Assembly: GCA_964016885.1 (NCBI GenBank)
Contig: OZ024750.1
Location: 30,938,001-31,002,000, forward strand
Length of the DNA stretch: 64,000 nt
Direction of reading: 5' to 3'
DNA from: Eledone cirrhosa
Taxonomy: Eukaryota
The position numbers were made by a program, and so were the translations under genes. This document shows, piece after piece, positions 1 through 13,888 of the stretch (the stretch's first letter is position 1; the number at the start of each line of letters is the position of its first letter). The notes below the pieces were generated by a model. It was not told the origin of the DNA, did not search any database, and saw nothing but the letters and a program-made list of their open reading frames with translations.

Positions 1-240
1 ATCCCTTGTCTTTACTGCCCATGTCTCACAAACGATGCAACATTGTACTTCTCACACAGACATCATACAGCTGCCCTTTCATTCATAGAGAGCACTACCA
101 GTGTACTTCCCACACAGGTACCATACAGCTGCCCTTTTGTTCGCAGAGAACCTTGATTTTAAAAACTCATTGTTGGATGATAATTTCTTATCGCTTCTTT
201 TCCAACAATATTTCCAAGAGGTTTCTACATGGTTTATTTC
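1..240 (-). mobile_element. Degenerate RTE-like LINE ORF2 fragment
   Basis: Minus-strand translation resembles KG.LY..CVRS.ML...ETW (post-RT region). It has stops and a short internal duplication. Confidence 0.55.
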
Positions 241-1193
241 AGTAATAATTACGTTCTCACAATTAATAAATGAGGATTCTATCATTTTTCAACAGGTAAT
301 TTTTTTTATTTCTTTATCCTGTAAGGCCAGTGGATTGGCAGTATTGGTAGAGTGTCAGACATTTTGCGGCATATAGTTATGTCCTTTTATGTTCTGAGTT
401 CATATACCATCAGGGTCAATAAAATACAGAGCCTGTAATGCACTGGAGTCAATTTAATCGACTTTTCCTTTCCCAGAAATTATTGGCCTTGTGCCTAAAT
501 TTAAAATCATTATAGCTGTTGTTGTTGCAGTTGTTGAAATGTTACATTTGATATACAAGTTTGATTATATATCTTGCCAACAAACATTTGCAGTTCACTG
601 TAGTTGCACTATTAAATTAGAAACCATTATTCTTTATTCTGTGTTTTGCGATCCTCTTCAATAATAAATAAACCTATATTTATAATTTTGCAACATAATC
701 TCAACTGCTCACATACATTTTACAAGTCATTACATATTAATCATATTGATATTTAATTGACATAAATTATTGTAATGTTCAGCATATATTAATTAGTAAA
801 TATTTAGTGTTATCTGTGAATAAAATTATAGTCAAATGCTAAGCATAGATATAAACTATGCTTACTATAAAGTAGTATAATAAATATGAAGCATTGTGAG
901 ATATGTAATATATTACTGATAAGTTTTAGAAAGCTGGTAAAATACCATAGAAAAGTAGAAAAGGCAAATGATGACAAACAAAACAAAGTAATGTTTTATC
1001 CCAGTGTATTTCAACATGATATTTCAAGGCTATTACTCTCATTTCAAATGTGGTGCTGAAACAGCTTCACATGATACTGTGGCAAAATATTACTTTATTT
1101 GTATTTTTCTACTGCATTGTACCAGCTTTTTGAAAATTATTGGTCTATTATGCTTACTATATTGTTCTTGCATATAAAAGGTATTTTACTTAC

Positions 1194-1431
1194 GACATAA
1201 GTTATTAAGAGTACTGTTTGAATGCCAGTCAACTATTATTTTATTTTCAGCACATTCTTTGGAATAAGATTGCATTGCAGTACAAAATCCTTTTGAACTA
1301 AATATTTCACTTGCACATATATCTCTCATGCACAGATCATAAAATGGCTCAATAGGGATGGTATCCCGACAACTTAAAAATGCAGGGCTTTCTTGAAGGT
1401 AGCCACAATACCGTCTAGCAGTTATTTCATT
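1194..1431 (-). CDS. Exon 16: C8 domain 2 (ARRYCGYL...FLSC...EPFYDLCMRDIC...CTAMQSYSKEC...DW)
   Basis: Classic C8 pattern, ttttcAG acceptor, GTAAGT donor, phase 0 to 1. The next exon (expected TIL) lies outside the window. Confidence 0.94.
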
Positions 1432-1844
1432 CTGAAAATATATTTGTGATTATTAAGTCTTTAATAAACAATGAAAATGATTTGTGTAAAAGTGATTCTA
1501 AAGCTCTCTATACTTTTAAGAATTCATCAGTGTACAAAATAAGTTATAGTGAAATAATGAAGGTAACAATGATGTGTGTATAATAGAATGAATACAAAGT
1601 TTTAGTTAAACAATGATTCATGGCTGTGAGATCTTGTAGATCATGATGGTCAGATGCTATGAATTAAAGTTATAGCTTTGTACAGAACAAGGACACCTGA
1701 CTTTGCCAAAGAAATATAGTACCAAGTTTTAGACCAATTTGTTGAATGAGAAACTTAGTAATTTTGCATTCAAATATATTGTTTATATTATTAACTACAA
1801 AATACAACAGGATTGTTCTTTTTCTCTTTTTTTTTACCTCTTCA

Positions 1845-2356
1845 AATAATTGTTTCTATTTTAGGCACAAGGCCAGCAATTTGAAGGGAAGGGGAAAGTC
1901 GATTAAATCTATCGCAGTGCATTACTGGTGCTTTATTTATCGACCCTGAAAGGATGAAAGGCAAAGCTAACCTCATACCTCTTAAATAATTGTTTCTACT
2001 TTTGCAATTATCCCAGTGTATTACTGGTACTTTATTTTATCGAACCTGTAAGGATGAAAGGCAAAGTTAACCTCGGCGAGATTTGAACTTAGATCATAAA
2101 GGGATGTAACTCTTTGCTGCAAAGCATGTCTGACCCTCTACCAATACTGCCAATTCACCGCCCTTAAATAATTGTTTCTACTTTAGGCACAAGGCCAGCA
2201 ATTACCCAGTGCATTACTGGTACTTTATTTTATCGACCTCGTAAGGATGAAAGGCAAAGTCAACCTCGGCGGGATTTGAACTCAGATCGTAAAGGGACGT
2301 AACTATGCTGGAAAGCATGGCGTCCGACCCTCTACTGATACTGCCAATCCACCACC
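1845..2356 (-). mobile_element. Three tandem copies of tRNA-derived SINE family A (about 190 bp)
   Basis: A-box TGGCAGTATCGG, B-box GAGTTCAAATCC, core GCCTTTCATCCTTACGGGGTCGATAAAATAAAGTACCAG and an ATTATT tail. Other copies lie at about 325, 7997, 14042, 19441, 19667, 21400, 30453, 34290-34765, 40111, 42787, 48914, 50778, 54908, 61343 and 61539. Confidence 0.9.
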
Positions 2357-2689
2357 CTCACCACCCTTAAATAATGGTTGCAAATAACTATTCACTATTG
2401 ATATTAATAAAACAAATTTGTTTGAGGATTTGAGCCCAAAAATTGGGCCAGAAGTAATTTTAGACAAAGGGGATCGTGTTTAAAAGTTCATTAATTGAAA
2501 TAGTTTTGTTGTTGACCAGAAAAGTTTTACTAAATGTCAGGGACATACAAAGAAAAATATAGATGCAGATATTTTGTAGTAAATAGATGTGATGAAATAG
2601 AAGTTTGTGCATGTAATGAGTTTCAGATAGGAAAATGATATATAGAAATGGAAAGTAAATTTGAAATAAGAAATCAAAATGACACTTAC

Positions 2690-2857
2690 ATCAATATTTA
2701 TTGAACATGGTTCAAATTCTATATCATCTCTTTGATCAGTGAAGCATGAAGATGCTAGGAACTCCTGAATAAACCTGGATTTGTGTAAGGACAATCCATT
2801 AAGGCCAACAAATTCATTATTTATATTAGAATCAAAATTTCCACAGAGTCCATGTAC
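2690..2857 (-). CDS. Exon 15: VWD2 end (VHGLCGNFDSNINNEF...)
   Basis: GLCGNFD motif, ctAG acceptor, GTAAGT donor, phase 0 to 0. Confidence 0.94.
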
Positions 2858-4179
2858 CTAGATTAAGACAAAAATTATTATAATATTTAGAACTGAATGT
2901 AATCAGTAACAAAACATTTTCTACAACATGATTAGCGGAAATATTTTACTTTTCTACAAACATTTAGGACATTCCTTGCTTGACACAGAGACCAACTTTC
3001 ATAAAGTAAAGTATGGAATTCTAATTTTAATATGGGTTTTAACAAAAGTAGATAGAATTTACACTATTAATAAAAAGTTTAGAATTATGTTTGTGGATTG
3101 TCATATTTTTAACTTCACAGTCATCTTATTTATGGTGATGTTTTTTAAGGAAGCAGAAGTTATTACAAACTCTTACAGTTCCTCTATATATTTACAAAGG
3201 AAAATATTCATGTTTTAATAAGCTTTAGAGAAAAGGTTCTTATCAGTAGTCATACTTCAGAAGGAATAAAAGGCATTCAATTATAATTATTTCATTTATG
3301 AGTAAATTAATAGTTGTATAGAAAAAGAGATAGAAAACTTAACACATAAATGATAGCTTTCTAATGTTCATAGAAATTTTGTTTCTCACTAAAGGAACAA
3401 TAGGCATTACACAAAATTTCTATGAAACATTCCAAAAATGTCATCTGTATATTGTTTCAAAGACATCAATATATTGATCCTCAGCCAGATAATATGGTAA
3501 TTGTGATTGGTCAATTGCTGTTTTGGGTCATTGTATGATGCTAATGAGTGGCTGAACAATCCAAGCCTACATTACATAAAAATTCTATGAAACATTCCAA
3601 AGATTTCACCTATATATTGTTTCAAAGACACCAATATATTGATTCTTTTTGTGTGTTATTATTTTCCTTTTTCATATTTATATAATTATCAATGGCTTTT
3701 AATGGTTTTTGTGAGTTTAATTTCAATAAAATTTGTTGGACTGCTCATTTAAAAAAAAAGAATTCTAAAAGGAAAAAAATTATACAATATGTTTTCTAGA
3801 TATAAATTTTAACACATTGATCAATCTATATTAACGATATTACAAAGTAAAAAGAAAATAAGGCAATTGTGATTGGTCAATTGCTGTTTTGGGTCCTTGT
3901 ATGATGCTAGTGAGAGGCTGAACAATCCCCAAACCTATGTAATTAGTAAACAAAGAAATAATAGAAATTTTTTCTATTTTCTTAAGATTAATGTAGAGTT
4001 TTTATCGATGGTGCTAATCATTTTAGAAATATATATCATATATTCTTAGAATTACCATCTGTGAATTACGTTGCTCCCACACTTGTTGCATGAAAGAACA
4101 ACATAGAATTCAAAAGCATAGCAAGATATACATTTAAGTCAGTGGTTAATTATCTGTGAGCAGACCTAACATAGAAATC

Positions 4180-4660
<481 letters not shown>

Positions 4661-6067
4661 AATAATTCTGTTCTTATTGAACAAAACAGATTTATGTTGA
4701 ATGAGAGAATCAAGCCTGAATCTGTCAACTAGAAATTTCTAGAGGCTCATTTGAATAACAAAAACATTATGAGTGCCACAAACACACAATAGATTGAATC
4801 TAAACTGAACATAGAAACAAACACACCAAAATAACAGCAGAACAGCAGATATTGCATAACAATTATTATACTTGTAGGTTGACTGCCATATATTACAATA
4901 CATCAATATTTTATTAGATCTTTACTGTTGCATTGTGGTTCCATATGAGAAAACATTCTTCTATATGATTTTGTTGCTATACACATGAACACACATGCAT
5001 ATATAAGTGCACACATAAACAGATGCATATATAAGAAATCATATAAATTCATGCATATATAGATATACACAAACATGTATATACAAATACATACATAAAC
5101 ACATGCATATATAAATACACAGATAAACACATGCATATAGACACACACAAACACACATATTCCTATTCCTATATAAATACACACATAATTAAATGTGTAT
5201 ATAAACACATGCATATATAAATAGACACACAAACACATGCATATATAAACACACACACACAACACATGCATATATAAACACACACATATAGGCACATGCA
5301 AACACATATTCACAGACACAAACAAATGCATATATAAACATACACAAACATATGCATATAAAAACACATGCACATGTAGGTACACACAAAACGTGTGCAT
5401 ATAAAACTACACATAAACACACAGACATACATACATGCACGCATGGGGTTTTTGATCAACCACTTGGAATATTTTAATGGAAACATTCTCATACAAGTTA
5501 ATTATTGCTGCAAGAACATTAACACATTTACAACTCCACATTTAAGCTACATAACAGAAAGTTAAAGTATAAGACAAAGCTAACAACAATGATATGAATT
5601 TCATTATCATTTAATGTCTACTTTCCCTGTTATGAAGGGCTGCATGGGTCTACATAGATCAAATCAGTACTGAAGCGGGGCTACTGAACTCCCAGACAGG
5701 CTGGGGGTGTGTATCCTGCTTACATATGGTCATATCGAGAGCAGATGAGAAGTTGTTGTGTCTTTTGACAAAACCTCAATGGTTTCCCTAACCCCTCGTT
5801 TGGCAAGCTTTCTATGGCTGGATGCCCTTCTTAACACCAAGCACATTACATTGTGTACTGGTTGTGTTTATTATGTAGATCACTAGCACTAGGGAGGCTG
5901 TCATGTCCTTGACATAACTAAAGGGTCCTCCCAACACTTTGTTTGGCAAGCTTTTTATGGCTAGCTGCCCTTCTTAAAACCAACCACATTACAGTGTGTA
6001 GTGGATGTGTTTATTATGTAGATCGCCAGCATTAGAGAGAGTGTCATGTCTTTGACACAACTCATCA

Positions 6068-6590
6068 TCACCCGGTGGCCTCAGCTAAAATGGACTCAAT
6101 AATTGATCTCCACATGGGTCTGTCGTTCATTTCCGTTGCCAAGTCCAGAATCTCTGGAGATGACATCGGGATAGGAGAGCCTGCGCCCCTGTTATTAGTG
6201 ACTGCTTGTGGTTTCCAAAGCACTAATGGGGACACAGTTTCATAGGTGGCACAATGACAGTGGCTAGCAAATCTTACTCTCCTTTTATGTACAACAACAA
6301 ATATACGTGGGAGGCTGGCATATATCTCTCTCAAAGTCAGATGTCGCCAGCTTATGTTCTGAATGTGTTGGAGCAGGTGAATGTAAGTACCATAAAAGTG
6401 CTCTTGTTGTTTGGATGAAGTACCATCAAAGTGCTCTTGTTGTTTGGATGAAGTACCATCAAAGTGCTCTTGTTGTTTGGATGAAGTACCATCAAAGTGC
6501 TCTTGTTGTTTGGATGAAGTACCATCAAAGTGCTCTTGTTGTTTGGATGAAAGCATCCATGTTTCACTTCCATATAGCAAGATTGTTTGA
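6068..6590 (-). mobile_element. LINE ORF2 C-terminal fragment (RTE-like) with an internal 33-bp tandem expansion
   Basis: ILLYGSETW...ISW.....E.Y...P.....RR.RFA.HC motifs. Five copies of a 33-nt unit (SSKQQEHFDGT) lie at about 6387-6551. Confidence 0.8.
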
Positions 6591-6844
6591 ATTGTTACTT
6601 GACACAACTAAAAGATCCTCTTAACCCTTTATTTGGCAATATATATGGCTATATACCCTTTCAGTCACTTTACAGCATATACTGGGTGTGTTTATTATGT
6701 AGATCACCAACACGAGATAGGTTGTTGTGTCTTTGACACAACTAAATGGTCTTCTCAACCCTTTCGGGTATGGTTTCTACATAGAGTTCTGCAATAAATG
6801 AATTTTTAGCAAAAAGAATAATACATATTGTAATGTTATCTTAC

Positions 6845-7150
6845 CTTTCTTCTGAAACTTGACTGGAATTTAATATAAGTTTGTTCTCCAGGATTAAACA
6901 TGATTTGGAACTCTGGTCCATCAACAACATAAAATAGAGAAGAGCCCTTAATTATGGAGATGCTTTTATCCACGTAATTAAATTTAGAATTATAGTCTCC
7001 ATTGATATAGAGCCCTTGTTCGGTAATTTTTGCAGTGACGTCTTCTGTATCAAGACGAAGAGATATAGAGCAATTGAACATAGGTAGAAATGGTTTCGTG
7101 CATGCGGCAAACTCCAAAGATATCTTTAGGCTATTGTTTCTATTTTTTGT
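6845..7150 (-). CDS. Exon 14: VWD2 middle
   Basis: Poly-T with cAG acceptor, GTAAGA donor, 306 nt open frame (ORF 6836-7117), phase 0 to 0. Confidence 0.92.
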
Positions 7151-8947
7151 CTGAAAAAAAGAAGAAAATTAAGAATTTAATAATAAGACAAAGAGAAAAA
7201 GGTTTTATATAAGATAACAGAGTTCATACAATATTAAATATCAATTAGGACATATGAAATCAATATAAATTATTTGATCAATAACAAATACAACATAAAG
7301 GCACTTTTACACATGTATATTGGAATGTAAAATTGAGACATGGTAAAAGCTTATATTCCTTCCAGCATGGTGAACATTCAGTAAATTGTATATGGTTATT
7401 GAATTTTTATACAACATTCTTGTACATGCTATTAGATTCTCTTATTCCCAGTTTTTCTCTCAACTAAAACTTTGTCTCATTATTCCTTCATACACAAAAA
7501 ATTGCACACCCAGTGGAGCATGCTCAATTCATTTCTTTCTAGCTTTTTAAAGAGCCTCTGCATTCAATGCTTACTACCATACCATTGAGGTGAGCATTGC
7601 TCACTTCAATACACAATCATGTCTCACTACCATATGCAATGTATCTTTTATTCAAAGACAGAATCCCTTTGTTTGTTAGCAAAAAAGGTAACAAATCTCT
7701 GAGTGGGTGACATTACTGCAAACTAATCCTATGTACCTACATACAAAGGTTCTTTTTCGCTGTCAGCCTAATGCATGTTAATAGTTTACAATGGTGACAT
7801 CAGAGGAAATTTCTCTCAACTCATTTTCTGCATCACAGGTACAATCATTTTCTTGATGGTAGCAAGATCCTGCCTTACACACATACACACCATAATTCTA
7901 TCTTAATATATTATATACATGCATGGTCCCATCACTTCCGAGGAGTCATAGGGGCACCATATTGACATACAGTGTTTCTAGGGCATTATTTAAGCCTGGC
8001 AGTGGATTGGTAGTATCGGTAGAGCGTTAGACTCCATGCTTTGCAACATAGAGTTAGATCTCTTTACGTTCTGAGTTCAAAACCCACCGAGGTTAACTTC
8101 ACCTTTCATCCTTACAGGGTCGATAAAATAAAGTACTAATAATGTACTTAGGATAATTGCTGGTCTTGTGCCAAAAGTAGTAACAATTATTTAAACCTGG
8201 CGGAGCCCATCACCTCTCCCGGTCTGAATACTGCGGATTTCTTCCTGAGAGAGACCAGAACTAGACTGGTACTTTCTTTTATTGACCTTGAATGGATGAA
8301 AGGCAAAGTTGACTTCAGCAGGAAAAGAGTGGAAACGAATACCGCAAAGCATTTTATCCGACGTTCTAACTACTCTGCCAATTCACTGCCAATATATTGT
8401 ATATATAGATGCGCAAAGATTGTGACTGCGTATTTAGAGGTTTATACCAAATATACACCCAAATCCACTACCCCTACCCTATCCTCCCACTCCCACCAAC
8501 ACCACCCTATCTCTGTAAAGTTGGTACCACAACATCCAGTCCAAATAAATGAGATAATGAGGATCGAGATCGTGTAGGTGTCACGACAAAAACCACACCG
8601 TCCACGCTGTAATGTGGCCGTGTGGGTAACACGGTAAAAAGTTCCCAGTTCCACACTGTAAATGTGGTTTGTGTTAGGAAGGGCATCCAGCTGTAGAAAA
8701 CCTGCCAGATAGTCCTATATGAGCAAGACACGGTCACCCGACCAACCTTGCCTCAAGTGGGACAACTCTCATCTTAACCATGCTAGCGTGGAAGATGGAC
8801 GTTAAACGAAGATGATGATGATATGATTACTAAAATCTAGTAATAATTGAAATACACTTAAACAATCCTACTGAATGTTTTTGAGTGTTTAATTCAAAGA
8901 CAGAAGTGAAAGTTAAAGATAAAAAGTGAAATATAATTCTTTGTTAC

Positions 8948-9089
8948 CTGAACAAGTGTATATGTACATGCTGTGGGTTCTATAGTGTAGGTAAGTTTGT
9001 CAAATGTTGTTATAGAATTACGTCCCAATAAGGTACAGGTTGATGGACATTGTTTCTCTTCACAAGTCCATTTACCTTTATAACACATG
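8948..9089 (-). CDS. Exon 13: E module end and start of VWD2 (CMCYKGKWTCEEKQCPSTCTLLG...TTFD...CTYTLVQ)
   Basis: C.C..G.W.C....C...C...G....TTFD motif, cAG acceptor, GTAACA donor, phase 2 to 0. Confidence 0.95.
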
Positions 9090-10228
9090 CTGATAAAAGA
9101 AAATATAAAACACAGATGATTATTCAATTTTATTCAAACGTTTTAATCATATTTAACCCTTTAACATTTAAACCAGCCATATCCGGTCAGAATTCTCTCA
9201 CCCCTTTCTGTTCAAACTAGCTGTAACTGGCCACTCATATTGATGTGAAGGTATTGATCTCAAAATAAATAATATAAAAATCTCATAGATTTGATATTAT
9301 GTGAGATAATTATGTGCCACAAAAATATAATAGTAAATATAGAGTAATGCAAAGGCTAAAGGGTTAATGTCCAAAAACAAACAAAACATCCTATTTAAGT
9401 GGTACAAGTATTATCCAACTAGTGGCCAGTGAGCACTGAATGGCTGAATAGTTAAAGAGCTTCCTTCACAATCATTAGGTCCCAGGTTCAATACCACTGC
9501 ATGACATCTCGGACAAGTGTCATTTACCAAAACCTTGGGTTGCTTGAGTTGACCCATGACTTGTGAGTGAAATTACATAAACGGAAACTATTTTGAAGCC
9601 TGTTAAATGAACTGTACAATTTTCACTGATTGGTTAAGGGTACATGTCTGTAGAATGCACAGACACTTACCCTGTTAACTTCATGAGTGAACTGCTTTGT
9701 TGATCAAACAACTGGGACACTCATCGTTGAAACCAATGGAAGTCCAGCCCAATTAGTGTCAAGAAATCACATGACTTCTTTTAAATTATTTATGATTTAA
9801 GTTGGGGTTAATGAAAATATTTTGAAATGAAGCAGAGTATGAGAAGTAGTGGAACCATTGCTATATAGACAGAGTTAGTCTATCAAAAGAATTCTCCTTT
9901 AATCTACAATTGGCTAACATAGACAAGTAATTAATATCATTAATATTGAAATAAGAAGATAATAAGTACAGATTATTAGCTATTAAATACACTTTCAGAT
10001 TCAGAAACTGATTCAACCACTAAATACAATATATATTAACCCAACAAAATATGTTTTAAAATATATTTTGATGCACAGTGAGTCTATTCTGAATATGTAT
10101 TATCCCTACCTTTAATTTGAATATAGAAAGCATAAATAGACTCTTATACCTTGGATCCTATTCAATCTGCTTGATGTCACTAAAACATCAGACCGCATAA
10201 AGAAAATGACAAGAAATTACATTCTTAC

Positions 10229-10469
10229 CAAAGATTACATTCCATTTTCACTTGAGATTTGGCAGGATATTTCTTCCCTTCATATTCACAAGGACAATCT
10301 TGTAGATCAATACATTTTCCATTTTCATAAATTTTATCTTCAGGACAATGGCATCCAGGAGCGCAGAAGAAATTACATGAAGAAAAGTCTTTTTCTAAAA
10401 CACTGCTACAGCTTTTGGGACAAGGTGGAGCACAGTCACTGTATATCATACCAAGAAAACATTCTTTAT
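10229..10469 (-). CDS. Exon 12: TIL domain (10 Cys) and start of E module (CPC...Y.......MECNL)
   Basis: Overlaps ORF 10225-10449. Poly-T tract with AG acceptor, GTAAGA donor, phase 1 to 2. Confidence 0.95.
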
Positions 10470-10659
10470 CTAAAAAAAAATATTATTTAGATTTCAGTTA
10501 GATTATTTTGAATATTCATAGAAAAATATAGAATAATGCAATCAACATTCAAAATCAATAACAACACTGATTAAAGTATCTAATATTAAATCTGGGAACC
10601 TGTATCATAATTGACAGGAAACAGATTTCCAAAATATTTGCATAAAAGGTTTTTAATAA

Positions 10660-10985
10660 TATTTTGTGATCACAAATAAACCATTTTTATTGGCTTGGTT
10701 TGGAAGAAGGTGGCTGCAATCACAGATGTACTGTCTTGTGTTGACTTGTTCTGGAAGAAGGAGTCTGTGATCAAAGGAACAGTGTGTTTTATTGGCTAGA
10801 TCAGGTAGACGTCTGTGATCAAAGGAACAGTGTGTTTTATTGGCTAGATCAGGTAGACGTCTGTGATCAAAAGTACTGTGTTTTATTGTCTTGGTCAGGT
10901 AGAAGTTTGTGATCAACAGTACTGTGTGTTTTATTGTCTTGGTCAGGTAGAAATCCGTGATCAACAGTACAGTGATTTATTGGCC
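10660..10985. repeat. Minisatellite, about 48-bp unit, 6-7 diverged copies
   Basis: GTCTGTGATCAAAGGAACAGTGTGTTTTATTGG recurs at 10763 and 10811, with degenerate neighbouring copies. Confidence 0.85.
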
Positions 10986-11098
10986 ATTATTTTAGGTTGA
11001 TAATCATGGAAAATGCTCAAAGTTATCTTATTGGAAAAACTATAATAATTCTCATCAAAAATACAAAAAGAAATAATATCAGTTTAAGTAATACTCAC

Positions 11099-11261
11099 GA
11101 CAAGGTGTTTTAGGCCTCCAGTCAGGTATTTCAGAGCCAAATGCTAAGCATTCAAATGAAATATGTGCCATTGCATTACAAGCTGATAGGAGAGCATCTT
11201 CTTCAGTTGCAGCTTTTTTTACTGAACTGTAACAATTGTACTTAAGTATGGGATTTGTAAC
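11099..11261 (-). CDS. Exon 11: C8 domain 1, C-terminal part (...ACNAMAHISFEC...PDWRPKTPC)
   Basis: C.A.....EC......DWR....C C8 signature, GTGAGT donor, phase 0 to 1. Confidence 0.9.
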
Positions 11262-13151
11262 CTATTTTAATACAATATAGAAATCAGTTAGAGTAGCTCT
11301 ATTTGGACACAGCAGTATTCTTATAACATTTAAATAGTTATGAATGTTTAAAATGTTATCAATCAGATTATAATAAAACTCCATTTCAGAATATAACTCA
11401 TCAATTTGGATAGGAATAGGTTGTCATAATTCAGTGTCTTTTATAGATTCATAACAGAAAACGTTCAATTATTTCAAACCTTATTAATATTTAATGTAAG
11501 TCACAAGCCAGAAGGCTCGTCAAGCTGGTGCTTATCCAGGTTTCATGGTGTGAAGTGACTAAGAATACAAGGCTCCCCACTGGACAGGACACCAGTCCAT
11601 TGCAGGGTTAACTCCTCCAGCTATTGCTGGTACTCATGTTCAGTTGAGTATACTGGAACAACATGAAATGAAGTGTTTTGCTCAAGAACATTACACAACC
11701 CAATCCAGGAATTGAACCCATGACATTCTGGTCATAAGTCCAACACCCTTACCCTAAGCTAAATGTCTCCACTATTGATATTTACAATTATCAAGAGAAT
11801 AATTATTTCCAATTTAGGCACATGAGGCAAACAATTTTGGGAAGGGAAGAGGAAAGGAAAAGACAATTATATTGAGCCCTGTACTTGATTGGTATGTTAT
11901 TTTATCGACCCTAGAAGAATGAATAGCAAAGTTGAGCATATGCTACAATTATTAGAGATCAAACTCTTCTCATTTTCCAGTGTTTCCTTTTACACAATGT
12001 TGCTAACATGGAGGAGTGTCTATATATGTCTATGTAATGTCTTGCCTGCCTAAATCAGTGTACTTCTTCACTTATTGTATTATAAACGGTGGGGGGGGGG
12101 GGGGGGCGACGACGACGACGACGACAAACATGCATACATATGAAGAGGATCCCTTTCATGGTTACTGAGCCTGTTAGAAATAGCAGTAAAATCACACTCT
12201 TAAAGATACACTTCATAATGTAATCTTAAATTTATGTTTTGGTTTTTGTGGTACCACTACCACTTTATAGTGTACTAAGTGTAATTCTTTGAGGTACTGA
12301 CACTAACATGGTATATTGGGGTGGTTCTTTTTATAGTACCAACGCTAACATTTTACAAATTGTACTGAGTGCATTTTATTATGGCACTAGGACAAGAGAG
12401 GTTGTCCTTTCAAATCCTATATTGTCTCTGATTGATCACCAACACTGTAACCTCCAGTCTCTCATTACATTTACTTTTTGTGTCACAGTACTTGTACAGG
12501 TGGGTGGGTCTTTTCTACTATAGCATTTTGCCGGTCATAATAATTCTATATCATCTCTTTTGTGAGGCTCAGTTTCTGGAGGTCGTTCTTTACAACATCA
12601 CCCCACGTCTCCCTTCATCTGCCTCTTCCTGATGTTCCATCCATTTTACGTACTCAGCACTTTTTTATACATTTCTCACTCTTTTTTGCACATAAGATGA
12701 TCAGCACAATCTTGCACACTACATTAAATTCCATTTATGCTCAGTTTGTCTCTCATATCACTTGTATGTTGTTGTTCATGTAAACTAACATTTCATGTGA
12801 ATGACAGAAGTTAGGTTTTGATGCTCTTTGCATTAAACACATTAACACTAACTTAATTAAATAAGATAAGAAATGGTATTTGCAGCATCATAAATCTTCT
12901 CACTCACATGAAAAGGAATTCATTTAGTATGGATACATGAAATTAATTACTAGTGATATGTCATATTTTAGTGGTACATCTTTTTCTCAGAATATCTTTT
13001 TCTCAATACATCTTTCTCTTGGTACATCTTTTTCATATGTCTTTTTTTCTCAGTACAATTTTTCCTTAATACAACTTGTTCTTAATGCATATTTTACTCA
13101 ATCCATCTCTCAAACAAATTGAAAACAACTTTACACTGAAAAGTTACATAC

Positions 13152-13250
13152 CAAAAGTGGACATTTGTTAAACATTGAGGATATAGCACAAACACTGTTA
13201 GCTTCTGGAAATCTGATATCAATATCATAAGAAAATTTATTGATGAGGCA
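13152..13250 (-). CDS. Exon 10: C8 domain 1, N-terminal part (CLINKF...VCAISSMFNKCPLL)
   Basis: tttccAG acceptor, GTATGT donor, 99 nt, phase 0 to 0. C......F..C motif. Confidence 0.87.
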
Positions 13251-13808
13251 CTGGAAATAAAATATAAATGAGTTTCAGTTATATAATTATATCATTTAAC
13301 AAACAAAAACAATTGTAATTATTGTAGCTACTTTTTATAAATAATATTTTCTTCCATTTATACAAGCCCACACTTTTTGTAAAGATCAGTGGGGTATTAA
13401 TTATATTACATAACTGTGACTTATTTTATTAACTATGGATGAATGAAAAGGAAAGACAACCCTAGCAAGAATATTAATTACATTATTGATAATTGGTGAC
13501 TGATTAATTAGTTTCGGCCAAAACATTAAAGCCGATTAATTAATAGGTAATTGCTGTCAGGATCTTAGTTACATACTTGTCTCTATGAAAACATGGTCCT
13601 TGGAATTATGCATATATATATACATATATATACAAAGTGCCAAAAATGCACAATTCATTGTACTGCATACATATATCAATGGTTATTAATACAAGGAAAA
13701 GCATTTCATGCCCAAACACACAAATATATAGTTGTGTTCAGTTGAGACTGAAAAGATAATATATTATATTTCTCAAATGATATAATTAATATGAAATTAA
13801 ATACATAC

Positions 13809-13888
13809 TTTGTAAGGAGGTGCTGTGTAAGCTTCAACAAATTCTTCAAAATCTTTCAAGGAAACTCCATCTGGCCTTTTAAAATCAT
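13809..13888 (-). CDS. Exon 9: VWD1 end (DDFKRPDGVSLKDFEEFVEAY...)
   Basis: The DDF..PDG motif follows GLCGN as expected. ttttatAG acceptor, GTATGT donor, phase 1 to 0. Confidence 0.92.

Noticed and set aside
1-240. Possible next (TIL) exon of the VWD gene
   Set aside because: No TIL cysteine pattern; it contains stops and LINE-like motifs.
3415-3940. Interleaved ~70-bp direct duplications (also a 91-bp tandem duplication at 17360-17540)
   Set aside because: Ordinary local duplications with no coding or structural signal.
4903-5492. 165-aa and overlapping Cys/Val/Tyr-rich ORFs
   Set aside because: Derived from CA/TA low-complexity sequence. The same applies to the ORFs near 44800, 50000 and 54070.
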